IMG/VR virus record: IMGVR_UViG_643348547_000007
Strand: one strand, 5' to 3'
Source: a virus
Taxonomy: Duplodnaviria; Heunggongvirae; Uroviricota; Caudoviricetes
DNA length: 29,004 bases
Part shown: positions 1-8,312 of the stretch, one piece after another
Numbering within the stretch: the stretch's first letter is position 1
How the letters are laid out: each line of letters opens with the position of its first letter
Notes under the pieces: model-generated
What the model was told of the DNA's origin: nothing
The model's input: the letters and a program-made list of their open reading frames with translations, nothing else
The model's database searches: none
Made by a program: the position numbers and the translations under genes

Positions 1-1284
1 TTACAGACTTCTTGAAGGTTGCGCAGCTGCTACAACACGCGGTTGATCTTCCGCGGCATCTTCCAGTGCACTTAAATCACGGTCTTTCACTTCTGGCATT
101 TTCAGCGCAGAGATTAAACCAATCACTGAATATGCCATGATCATAATGGCGATCGGATACCAGGATTCCGTCATGGTGCAGAAAATACCCGCCAGGATAG
201 GACCAAAACCGGAAGCGATAAGACCACCAATTTCTTTAGAAATAGCCATCCGGGTAAAGCGGTTTTTACAGCCGAACATTTCTGCCATGGTAATGTTTTC
301 CAGAGCAAATAATCCCAGCACCGCACAGTTATGAATCACAATCAGTGCAACCATAATGGTGCTCGGGGCATAGCTTTTATCTACGATGATAGAAAGCATT
401 GGCCACGCCAGCACAATCGCAGAGGTATTCATAATAATATACGGGATCCGGCGACCTATTTTATCGGATAACCAACCAAGGAACGGAATGGTCATAAAGC
501 CGAGAATCGAACTGATCATCAATGCATCTGTTGGAATTGCTTTGTTAAACAATAACGTCTGCACTAAATAGCCTGCAAGGAAAGTCTGAATTAAACCGGA
601 GTTACCAGCCTGACCAAAACGCAGCCCTGTTGCCAGCCAGAAGGATTTGCTCTGGAACATGCTACCAGCAGGTGCAGGTTTTGCTGTCGGTTGGTTACTG
701 TCGTTAACCTTCTCAAAGACCGGGCTTTCTTTCAGATTCATACGCAACCAGATAGCAAAGACCATCACGACAACGCTCGCCAGGAAAGGTATACGCCATC
801 CCCACGCCAGCAGTTCCTCTTTACTGAGAATGAAGAACATAAAGGCCCAGATTGCCGTTGCGCTCAAGGTTCCGCAGTTAGTTCCCATAGCCACAAATGA
901 GGAGATAATTCCGCGCTTACCTTTTGGCGCATATTCCGCCAGCATCGTACCGGCACCGGAAATTTCCGCGCCAGCCCCCAGCCCCTGAATAATACGCAGC
1001 GTCACCAGCAAAATTGGCGCAAACACACCAATTTGTGCATAGGTCGGCAGCACACCAATTAAGGTGGTACAGATCCCCATCATGGTGATGGTAATAAAGA
1101 GCACTTTTTTACGCCCTATTCTGTCGCCCATTTTGCCGAAAATAAATGCTCCGACAATACGTGCCACATAACCTGCACCATAGGTTCCCATTGCCAGAAT
1201 TAACGCCATTGCCGTTGACGATTCAGGAAAAAATATTTCATGAAAAACTAACGCTGCGCCGAGCGAATATAACTGGAAATCCAT
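1..1284 (-). CDS. ydfJ: MFS (metabolite:H+ symporter-type) transporter, 427 aa; N-terminus appears to begin inside the first conserved motif, consistent with a 5' end replaced at a prophage junction
   Basis: Complete 427-aa ORF with its stop at positions 1-3; hydrophobic multi-TM protein with MFS-like motifs (GxLxDRxGRKK-type loop). Its position next to ydfK and pin matches the Qin-type prophage context as I recall it. Confidence 0.75.
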   Translation of the reverse strand: MDFQLYSLGAALVFHEIFFPESSTAMALILAMGTYGAGYVARIVGAFIFGKMGDRIGRKKVLFITITMMGICTTLIGVLPTYAQIGVFAPILLVTLRIIQGLGAGAEISGAGTMLAEYAPKGKRGIISSFVAMGTNCGTLSATAIWAFMFFILSKEELLAWGWRIPFLASVVVMVFAIWLRMNLKESPVFEKVNDSNQPTAKPAPAGSMFQSKSFWLATGLRFGQAGNSGLIQTFLAGYLVQTLLFNKAIPTDALMISSILGFMTIPFLGWLSDKIGRRIPYIIMNTSAIVLAWPMLSIIVDKSYAPSTIMVALIVIHNCAVLGLFALENITMAEMFGCKNRFTRMAISKEIGGLIASGFGPILAGIFCTMTESWYPIAIMIMAYSVIGLISALKMPEVKDRDLSALEDAAEDQPRVVAAAQPSRSL

Positions 1285-1525
1285 AATTCACAGGTGTTTT
1301 TTCCCATCCTGTGGTTTCCTTGGCGTTTTCTAGGTTTTTTCAGATAGTTGCATTTTTTAAAAAGCATCCTAAGTTCGATCTCAGTGTCTATCTGGGGCCT
1401 ATTTCTGTCCCATATATGCCCCAAAAAAACTCCTCAACAGATAAGTAGTTTTTTCATGGAGTTACGCGTAAAATCAATAACGGCTGGAAATCATTCAATA
1501 CTCGCACTATCGAAAAATTTACCAG

Positions 1526-1569
1526 CCAACCGCAGCACGTTCTTGCATAAGGCGTGTCTGCGGTTTTTC
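1526..1569 (+). terminator. Intrinsic-terminator-like hairpin (interrupted ~10-bp stem CCGCAGCACG/CGTGTCTGCGG, then TTTTT) in the ydfJ-ydfK spacer
   Basis: Inverted repeat at 1530-1539 and 1553-1563 followed by a T-run at 1564-1568, read directly from the sequence; no upstream plus-strand gene identified. Confidence 0.3.
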
Positions 1570-1887
1570 AACTATTCAGATACATCACTCCCATCACATT
1601 CATTCCTCCGCATCAAAGGCATATAGGCTATATCACCTTGATATTTTTCTTCTTCAGATAAAAACTGTTATCTATGTATACTTTTAAACCCAATCCGTGT
1701 AGAGTCTCTGCATAAGATAGTTTGCAGTTGCCACTTCAGCTTGCGCCATAAACCGCCTGATTTTTGCCGCCATCTGTTAGCATTCCTGTATACCTGAAAC
1801 GACAATGTTTATCTACGAACTTTAAGAACACCCAGGATAAAAATTGTCAACTATATCATATATAACACATTACTAATTCGAGGCTAT

Positions 1888-2001
1888 ATGAACAGCATAC
1901 TGATAATCACTTCGCTCCTTATCATATTCAGCATTTTTAGTCATGCTCTAATAAAATTAGGGATTGGCATATCCAATAACCCAGACAAAACCGATGTATA
2001 A
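1888..2001 (+). CDS. Candidate small hydrophobic protein (37 aa, [37 protein letters not shown]), single predicted TM helix
   Basis: ATG at 1888 preceded by GAGG 4 nt upstream; uninterrupted 37-codon frame to TAA at 1999-2001; strongly hydrophobic core. Below the 60-aa cutoff of the supplied ORF track. Confidence 0.35.
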
Positions 2002-2069
2002 GTCAACATATCCTGAATCAGACATACAATATCGCAATGAAAATCAATAATATTTTAAGGAATATATTC

Positions 2070-2303
2070 ATGAAATCAAAAGACACCCTAAAGTGGTTCC
2101 CTGCGCAGCTTCCTGAAGTCAGAATTATCCTAGGGGATGCTGTAGTGGAAGTAGCAAAACAGGGAAGACCTATCAATACCAGAACATTGCTTGATTACAT
2201 TGAAGGAAACATAAAGAAAAAATCATGGCTGGATAACAAAGAATTATTACAAACAGCGATATCAGTTCTTAAAGACAACCAAAATTTAAATGGTAAAATG
2301 TAA
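2070..2303 (+). CDS. ydfK: Prophage cold-shock-type small protein (YdfK/YnaE family), 77 aa from the internal ATG
   Basis: ORF 2037-2303; likely true start is ATG 2070 (MKSKDTLKWF...) preceded by AAGGA; sequence matches the YdfK/YnaE prophage family from memory. Confidence 0.7.
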   Translation: MKSKDTLKWFPAQLPEVRIILGDAVVEVAKQGRPINTRTLLDYIEGNIKKKSWLDNKELLQTAISVLKDNQNLNGKM

Positions 2304-2619
2304 TATAATAAACTTACTTTTTTATCATTTTTCCACTTTAACAACATTTTGCTCCACTTTTCCACGACCAAACAACTTGAAATCTGGTTAAAATAACACG
2401 CAACACTATTCTTCTTCCTTGAGTCCGCCCGGAACTCGAAAAACAAACCGAGTTAAAGCCATTTTTCACAAAATCGATTTTGGGTCTCACCAAAATTACG
2501 GGGTTGCATACGCATTCGTTTATTTTCGAACGTGTACATACAAACATGCACAAAAATAATCAAAATTATTTTCTGAGATGCATTATGATATGAACACCAA
2601 TTTCGTATAGAGTCTCACT

Positions 2620-2982
2620 ATGTCTCGAATTTTTGCTTACTGTCGGATATCAACGCTGGATCAGACCACCGAAAATCAACGCCGGGAAATCGAAAGTGCA
2701 GGTTTTAAAATCAAACCTCAGCAAATAATCGAAGAACACATTAGCGGCTCAGCAGCAACCAGTGAGCGTCCTGGTTTTAACCGGTTGCTTGCTCGCCTGA
2801 AATGTGGTGATCAATTGATTGTGACAAAACTGGATCGCCTTGGTTGTAATGCAATGGATATCAGGAAAACAGTGGAACAACTGACCGAAACAGGTATCAG
2901 AGTGCATTGCTTAGCATTGGGGGGCATTGACCTGACCAGTCCAACAGGAAAAATGATGATGCAAGTAATTTCAGCAGTCTGA
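2620..2982 (+). pseudogene. pin: Serine recombinase / DNA invertase (Pin/Gin/Hin family), truncated after codon 120 by IS629; the TGA stop is supplied by the first 3 bases of the IS
   Basis: N-terminal resolvase catalytic domain ([15 protein letters not shown]..., catalytic Ser in the RIST motif). Full-length invertases are about 190 aa; the C-terminal HTH is absent. The ORF ends exactly at the IS629 inverted repeat (2980). Confidence 0.85.
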
Positions 2983-3021
2983 ACCGCCCCGGGTTTCCTG
3001 GAGAGTGTTTTATCTGTGAAC

Positions 3022-3912
3022 TCAGGCTGCCAGATCATCGTTTCCGATGGAAGCATAATAAGCTTTTTCTGCTTCTGCCGGAGGAGTATGGCCCAGCCTT
3101 TCCAGCAATCGTCGATTGTTATACCAGTCCACCCACGTGAGTGTGGCCAGTTCCACTTCTGCACGGTTTTTCCAGCTCTTACGGTGTATTACCTCCGCTT
3201 TGTAAAGACCATTGATGCTCTCCGCCATCGCGTTGTCATACGAGTCGCCTGTACTTCCTGTTGATGCCAGTAATCCGGCTTCCTTAAGCCGCTGTGTGTA
3301 GGCCAGCGATACATACTGAGAACCTTTATCACTGTGATGGACCGTGCCGGACGGTCGACGGGCCCATAACGCCTGCTCCAGTGCATCCAGCACGAATGTC
3401 GTTTCCATGGACGATGAGACCCGCCACCCCACGATGTATCCGGCAAACACATCAATGATGAACGCCACATAGACGAAGCCCCGCCATGTGCTGACGTAAG
3501 TAAAATCAGCCACCCACAGCTGGTCAGGTCGTTCTGCCACGAACTGACGGTTTACGCGGTCGCCTGCGGCAACGGCTTTCCGGCTGATGGTCGTACGGAC
3601 CTTTTTACCCCGGAGAACACCGGCAAGTCCCATAACCGCCATGAGACGTGCCACAGTGCATCTGGCCACTCTGATACCTTCCCGTAACAACTGACGCCAG
3701 ACTTTACGCACACCGTATACCTTGTGATTTTCATCGTATACGCGCTGTATCTCTTTCTTCAGCCAGTCATCGCGCTGCGCACGGGCACTGCGTTTATCCG
3801 GATGATGTCGCTGTTGCTGACAGTGGTAATACGTTGACGGGGCAATATGCAGTTCGCTGCATAGCGGTCCGACCCCGTACTGCTCACGCAGCTTATCCAG
3901 CAGTGGCATCAT
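3022..3912 (-). CDS. IS629 OrfB (DDE transposase catalytic part, normally made as an OrfAB frameshift fusion), 296 aa
   Basis: ORF overlaps the orfA end in the -1 frame, as is typical of the IS3 family; DDE-type integrase-core sequence. Confidence 0.9.
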   Translation of the reverse strand: MMPLLDKLREQYGVGPLCSELHIAPSTYYHCQQQRHHPDKRSARAQRDDWLKKEIQRVYDENHKVYGVRKVWRQLLREGIRVARCTVARLMAVMGLAGVLRGKKVRTTISRKAVAAGDRVNRQFVAERPDQLWVADFTYVSTWRGFVYVAFIIDVFAGYIVGWRVSSSMETTFVLDALEQALWARRPSGTVHHSDKGSQYVSLAYTQRLKEAGLLASTGSTGDSYDNAMAESINGLYKAEVIHRKSWKNRAEVELATLTWVDWYNNRRLLERLGHTPPAEAEKAYYASIGNDDLAA

Positions 3913-4235
3913 TTTTTCCAGAGGCGGTCGAACTCCGCCTTCGCAAAATAAGCGGAAGCCTGGCGAAGGATATCGTTACTGCGGCGCAGTTCACGATTTT
4001 CACGTTCCAGCTCTTTCAGACGCTGACGTTCAGCGGTGGTGAGCCCTCCATCACCGCCCCCGGTATCCCGCTCATGCTGGCGAACCCAGACACGCAGAGT
4101 CTCCGGCGTACAGCCAATCTTTGGAGCAATGGAACAAATTGTCGCCCATTGTGAGTCATATTCGCTCTGACTTTCCAGAACCATACGGACTGCCCGTTGA
4201 CGGACTTCGGGGGAAAAACGAGTATTTTTAGTCAT
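3909..4235 (-). CDS. IS629 OrfA (transposase N-terminal, HTH/leucine-zipper part), 108 aa
   Basis: [21 protein letters not shown]... translation; identical ORF present in the second IS copy at 28199-28525. Confidence 0.9.
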   Translation of the reverse strand: MTKNTRFSPEVRQRAVRMVLESQSEYDSQWATICSIAPKIGCTPETLRVWVRQHERDTGGGDGGLTTAERQRLKELERENRELRRSNDILRQASAYFAKAEFDRLWKK

Positions 4236-4240
4236 CCTGT

Positions 4241-4894
4241 TTACCTCTTTCTCAGGAAGTTTAGTCTCCAGGATTCCCGGGGCGGTTCAACCAGACGTTC
4301 GTACATTACACCTTCGGCAACAAGGCCATTGCTGGAAATAGCTTCAGGAGCATCATTCTCGTTAGCTGGTCGCCAGTGAACAAACTGAGGGGCAATTTCT
4401 CCTACTTCCTCGGCAATCAATCCATAGAATCCCCAATCGCGCCTGTCATTTTCGCATTGCGACCTGTACCACACAGGGCGCATCCTGAAAATGAGATCGG
4501 CGTGCTCCGAATCTATCGTCTCTACTGAATGTTTATAGCGGATAGACGATGTGGACCGCAGTACAGACGAAATTGCGGGGTCAGGATTAAGATAAAGGTT
4601 TGCCGCCGCTGTAGTCGTGCCCAATCCCCACAAATAAAACGCTTCACGACCAGTCAGCGGGTAAAAATCTCCACCATAACGACCACTTTCCAGATCGTTC
4701 ACTTCCACTTTGTTTTTCAGCTTATTATCAACTTCAGTTTTTGTGTATCTGGTGCTGATATCCTGCTTTGCACTGGTCATATCAGTCTGAAGCGTTGATA
4801 CTTTTCCGTTAATTGAGGAAATATCTTCCTTGGCTTTACTGACATCTCCCTTTAACGTGGTGATGTCTCCTGGAATTACTGTCGATGTAGCCAT
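4241..4894 (-). pseudogene. Tail-fibre-associated protein with a coiled-coil N-terminus, 3'-truncated by IS629 (native part 4290-4894; last 16 codons are read from IS sequence)
   Basis: Own start with a GAGGGAGA Shine-Dalgarno before ATG 4894; Ser/Thr/Lys-rich heptad-like N-terminus; the ORF runs across the IS629 boundary at 4289/4290. The C-terminal region is loosely reminiscent of fibre intramolecular-chaperone domains (tentative). Confidence 0.55.
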
Positions 4895-4903
4895 TTGTCT
4901 CCC

Positions 4904-5185
4904 TCACATCCAGCCACGAAGTTGATGCTCAACAACAATCGCGTATTTATCGAATATTGACGATTTTTTTGCATCATTAATGATGCGCACGTTTACAAAA
5001 TATCCGTCCTCCTTAACACATACCGGTTCGCCATCTTCAGTCAGTTCTCCGGTTTCTTTGTACACGTTACCTATCACGTCAATAAGAATATCATCCTGCA
5101 TCGACTCGTCATCATAATAGCCAATACTCTCCATAAAGGCCGAAAAGTCGGCCCTGTCTGCAAATTTGAGCGTTAAATCTTTCAT
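4904..5185 (-). CDS. Hypothetical acidic 93-aa protein, translationally coupled to stf (ATGA overlap)
   Basis: ATG 5185 overlaps the stf TGA (5182-5184); strong GGGGGAGAG Shine-Dalgarno; no family recognised from the sequence. Confidence 0.55.
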   Translation of the reverse strand: MKDLTLKFADRADFSAFMESIGYYDDESMQDDILIDVIGNVYKETGELTEDGEPVCVKEDGYFVNVRIINDAKKSSIFDKYAIVVEHQLRGWM

Positions 5186-7581
5186 TTAATACTCTCCCCC
5201 ATTTGCGCATCAGTTAATTCTTTATGCCAGAGACGAAGATTTCTCAAATGGCCGAATAGATGACGAGTTCCCGATGTGGCTTGACCTCCAATTCGAATAA
5301 AGGTCCGTGTTTTTACGCCCGTCCACTCCGTTTTCATGGTTTTAGTAGCCTCACCGTTAGAAACTACTCGTTTAGTACCATCAGAATAAATATTAAAACC
5401 ACCAATGAATTTTCGAACATCAGTTCGACCAGCAAACACACTAGAAACGTAAGTACTTGTCGACGCTTTATAAGTTTGCATATAAAGCTGACCGTAATAT
5501 TTCTCAGTTGTGTTAAAAGCGTATGTAATTGACTCAATAGGTGGCACACCAGAAAAATCAAAAATACGCGGTGCTACATTAGGAGGAATATCGCCCCAAT
5601 TTCTATTAACCTCGACCAGGCACGTAAGCGGTCTATTATAGATATTATTTTCAGTTGGGATCGTCACCATATCACTGGAGCGGGTTGCGGGTACAGTTGT
5701 CGTAATAACAAAAGATGAAGCACATCCGCCGTTTTCAAATTGTGGTGTTGCAAGGTAAATATAATCTCCCGCTTCAGTTACACCACCTTTTTTCGGCGCA
5801 TACTGAATCATTGCGCCAATTAAGGTTTCACCTTCAACAGCTTCTATAGTTGCCTCATAGAAAATCCACCCTGTAACCGGATCTTTAGTTGCAGTAGCTG
5901 CTATTCTATTGGCTGCTCCGCCAGTTTTTTCTATTATCAGAGTTCCGAAAGTTAAATAAGCATCTCCTAAAAATGTATAAACCGACCCATCGTATTTTTC
6001 AAAACGCAAACGACAACGAAGACCATCAGGAGCTTTAACCCTGCATGAAACAGTGCAATACTTATTATCGCCACTAACATCAATCCCCCGGGATGCACTG
6101 CATGTATGCAGACTAAGTGCAGATGATTGTCCTGTCATATTATCTTTTGTTCGCATTTTGGCATATGAAAAACCAAATTCATCAACACCATTATTAGTTT
6201 TATCGATATTGCTGGTACTCGTCCATTCAGCGGGGATATTGGATTTAACAAAATAGTTAGTGCGCTGTCCTTCAATCAATAAACCTTCTTTTTCAAATCG
6301 TGGCTCATCAATTTTAGCAACACTAAATACGCCTGATTTATTGATATATGTGGCAGTTGATGCGCGTTTAAACTTTACAACCTTATCGCCAGGCATCGTT
6401 ATTTCATCATCACCAATAACAATCTTTTTATATGACGGCGAAAAGCCCGTAATCATATCCAGTGAATCGTTAAACGGTATCCACACATCGGGAAGCGGCT
6501 GCAAAACTTGTTTATACGGCTCCGCAGCCTGGCTTGCATACTCTCTGGCTGCGTCTTCACTTGCTTTTGCAGCCGTCTGGCTTGCTGCCGATGCTTTCGC
6601 TGAGTTAGCCGCCGCAGTCTCGCTCGCCTTTGCGTTGGTTTCACTGGTTTTTGCAGCTTTTTGACTGTTGGCTGATGCAGAGGCAGAAGAAGCCGCCGCA
6701 CTTGCAGAACCAGCTGCGGCACTCTCGCTTTGGGCTGCTGCATCCTGACTGTTTTTCGCCGCAGTTTCACTGGCTTTGGCATTCGTTTCGCTGGTCTTCG
6801 CTGCCGTCTGGCTGGACTTTGCGTTAGTTTCACTCGTCTTCGCAGCTTTCTGGCTGTTAGCCGCAGCAGTTGCTGATCCAGTTGCTGAAGTCGCAGAACC
6901 GGCTGCCGCGCTCTCGCTTTGGGCTGCTGCAACCTGGCTGTTTTTTGCCGCAGTTTCACTGGCTTTGGCATTCGTTTCGCTGGTCTTCGCTGCCGTCTGG
7001 CTGGACTTTGCGTTGGTTTCGCTCGTCTTTGCGGCTGTCTCGCTATTTTTCGCGTTGGTTTCTGATTTTTTGGCTGCTGTCGCGGAGTTTTCTGATGCAG
7101 TCTGTGAGGTCGCTGCCGCCTGTGCACTATTAGCTGCATTCGTTTCTGAGGTTTTCGCCGCGTTCTTCGATGATGCCGCTGCAGTTTCGGATTTCTTTGC
7201 CGCCGCTGCGCTCTGAGAGGCGGCTTCGGCGTTGCGTGCCGCTTCTTCCACCATTTCCTCAAAACGACGCAATGCCTCCGGCATGACATCATCTTCCGTC
7301 ATGGCACCGAGAAAATCATTCAGCGTACCTGGTCTGGAACCTTCATAGACGGTAATGGTTCCGGCATGTGAAGGCGGAAAACCTTCAACAAGCAGGATAA
7401 CGCTGTACTGGCCATACTCAACATCCATGCTGTAACGCCCGGCTTCATCCGGATTTTCAGAGGCCACCGTGTTCACCAGTACCGTGGTGCTGTTACGCTT
7501 TGCCTTCAGTTGAATAGTGCAGTTCTGTATTGGTTTTCCCGCACCATCTTTCAGCACACCTGAGATTTTTACTGCTGCCAT
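5182..7581 (-). CDS. stf: Side tail fibre protein (lambda Stf-like N-terminal domain, Ala/Ser/Thr-rich fibre repeats, divergent lectin-like C-terminal domain)
   Basis: N-terminus MAAVKISGVLKDG...GTITVYE matches the lambda Stf N-terminal domain from memory; likely start is ATG 7581 with GGAG upstream (the track's 7587 start is a GTG). Central KTSETNAKxSETAAK repeats. Confidence 0.85.
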   Translation of the reverse strand: MAAVKISGVLKDGAGKPIQNCTIQLKAKRNSTTVLVNTVASENPDEAGRYSMDVEYGQYSVILLVEGFPPSHAGTITVYEGSRPGTLNDFLGAMTEDDVMPEALRRFEEMVEEAARNAEAASQSAAAAKKSETAAASSKNAAKTSETNAANSAQAAATSQTASENSATAAKKSETNAKNSETAAKTSETNAKSSQTAAKTSETNAKASETAAKNSQVAAAQSESAAAGSATSATGSATAAANSQKAAKTSETNAKSSQTAAKTSETNAKASETAAKNSQDAAAQSESAAAGSASAAASSASASANSQKAAKTSETNAKASETAAANSAKASAASQTAAKASEDAAREYASQAAEPYKQVLQPLPDVWIPFNDSLDMITGFSPSYKKIVIGDDEITMPGDKVVKFKRASTATYINKSGVFSVAKIDEPRFEKEGLLIEGQRTNYFVKSNIPAEWTSTSNIDKTNNGVDEFGFSYAKMRTKDNMTGQSSALSLHTCSASRGIDVSGDNKYCTVSCRVKAPDGLRCRLRFEKYDGSVYTFLGDAYLTFGTLIIEKTGGAANRIAATATKDPVTGWIFYEATIEAVEGETLIGAMIQYAPKKGGVTEAGDYIYLATPQFENGGCASSFVITTTVPATRSSDMVTIPTENNIYNRPLTCLVEVNRNWGDIPPNVAPRIFDFSGVPPIESITYAFNTTEKYYGQLYMQTYKASTSTYVSSVFAGRTDVRKFIGGFNIYSDGTKRVVSNGEATKTMKTEWTGVKTRTFIRIGGQATSGTRHLFGHLRNLRLWHKELTDAQMGESIK
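6700..7077 (-). repeat. Tandem duplication of about 189 bp (63 codons) within the stf repeat region, embedded in shorter fibre-repeat periodicity
   Basis: CTCTCGCTTTGGGCTGCTGC and the following roughly 100 bp recur at 6722 and 6911 with few mismatches; the protein shows AAKTSETNAKSSQTAAKTSETNAKASETAAKNSQ twice. Confidence 0.6.
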
Positions 7582-7591
7582 ATCCACTCCA

Positions 7592-7618
7592 CAAAAAAGC
7601 CCGCCTGAACCGGCGGGC
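7592..7618 (-). terminator. Intrinsic terminator downstream of lom (stem GCCCGCC/GGCGGGC followed by a U-run on the minus strand)
   Basis: Inverted repeat at 7599-7605 and 7612-7618; on the minus strand it is followed by TTTTTTG (plus-strand A-run 7592-7597). Confidence 0.5.
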
Positions 7619-7645
7619 TGTCATAACACTGTGTTACCTGGCTAA

Positions 7646-8245
7646 TCAGAACTTATAACCGACACCCACGATGAAACCGTCAGTGCGCCAGTCGCCACTG
7701 CCGGAGCCTTCATAAGCAATATCAATGGCCACGGATTCGGTCGGGTTAAACTGCACGCCAGCTCCCCACGCCAGAGACGTGTTGCTGTGGCGATCGTCAT
7801 CACTTCCGGTCAGCACATCGTGCGTTTTCCCCTTGTTGTCAGTTACGCGGAGATAATCCCCGGAGAACGTCGAAACACGGCTGTAAGCCACACCCGCCAT
7901 CGCATACGCGCTGAACCATTCATTCACGCGCACAGACGGCCCCGCCATTACGCTGAACCAGCGGTTACGCACGGAATCTTCATGCCAGCGGGTATCGCTG
8001 TAATGCGTTTTTTGTTCATCTTCTGCGTCGGCATAACTGAAAGACGTAATCAGCCCCAGCGTGTCCGTAAATTCATAACGGTATTTCACGTTAATCCCGT
8101 TCAGATTATCGCTTCCTGGCATATCAGTGTGGGTCTGAAGATACCCGGCGCTTAGTGTGGACTGATGCTCTGCTGCGCTCGCTGGCGTACCAGCGGCAAC
8201 CAGCCAGACTACTGCGGACAGAATAACAGCACATAATTTACGCAT
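7646..8245 (-). CDS. lom: Lom outer-membrane protein (Ail/Lom/PagC family beta-barrel), 199 aa with signal peptide
   Basis: N-terminal signal peptide; C-terminus ...VAIDIAYEGSGSGDWRTDGFIVGVGYKF matches lambda Lom as recalled; located between J and stf as in lambda. Confidence 0.9.
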   Translation of the reverse strand: MRKLCAVILSAVVWLVAAGTPASAAEHQSTLSAGYLQTHTDMPGSDNLNGINVKYRYEFTDTLGLITSFSYADAEDEQKTHYSDTRWHEDSVRNRWFSVMAGPSVRVNEWFSAYAMAGVAYSRVSTFSGDYLRVTDNKGKTHDVLTGSDDDRHSNTSLAWGAGVQFNPTESVAIDIAYEGSGSGDWRTDGFIVGVGYKF

Positions 8246-8275
8246 AATTACCTCTCGCTTTTCTGCAATAAAAAA

Positions 8276-8303
8276 GGCGTCATTTCTGACGCCCGTATTG
8301 GGG
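8276..8303 (-). terminator. Intrinsic terminator between J and lom (stem GGCGTCA/TGACGCC, then a U-run on the minus strand)
   Basis: Inverted repeat at 8286-8292 and 8297-8303 with loop TTTC; on the minus strand it is followed by TTTTTTTATT. Confidence 0.5.
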
Positions 8304-8312
8304 TTATAAAAT

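Larger units (their letters stand above)
2980..4289 (-). mobile_element. IS629 (IS3 family), complete 1310-bp copy in minus orientation
   Basis: Terminal inverted repeats TGAACCGCCCCGGG at both ends (2980 forward, 4289 reverse complement); orfA (108 aa) and overlapping orfB (296 aa) match the IS629 transposase proteins as recalled. Flanking triplets GTC (2977-2979) and ACC (4290-4292) differ. Confidence 0.9.

Noticed and set aside
1348-1626. Plus-strand ORF of 92 aa in the ydfJ-ydfK spacer
   Set aside because: No ribosome-binding site, runs straight through the hairpin at 1526-1569, and has low-complexity composition in an AT-rich intergenic region.
2195-2553. Minus-strand ORFs (83 and 71 aa) between ydfK and pin
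   Set aside because: One overlaps ydfK antisense and both lie in AT-rich promoter-type sequence upstream of pin, without start signals.
2304-2619. Possible invertase crossover site near AAACAAACCGAG upstream of pin
   Set aside because: Only a weak partial resemblance to the Gin/Hin/Pin-type 26-bp crossover consensus as I recall it; no convincing 12-bp inverted half-sites around a 2-bp core could be read; the invertible segment appears to have been lost with the IS629 event.
4290-5185. Type III effector or toxin cargo downstream of the tail fibre genes
   Set aside because: The two ORFs present show no recognisable effector or toxin features, and the rest of the position is occupied by IS629; no support for calling a virulence cargo.
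6260-7292. Long alternative-frame ORFs (6453-7292 minus 279 aa, 6776-7216 plus 146 aa, 6260-6664 plus 134 aa, 6870-7133 plus 87 aa) overlapping stf
   Set aside because: They lie entirely within the low-complexity Ala/Ser/Thr repeat region of stf, have biased compositions (Arg/Gln-rich or Ala/Leu/Phe-rich) typical of off-frame readings of repeats, and lack independent start contexts.
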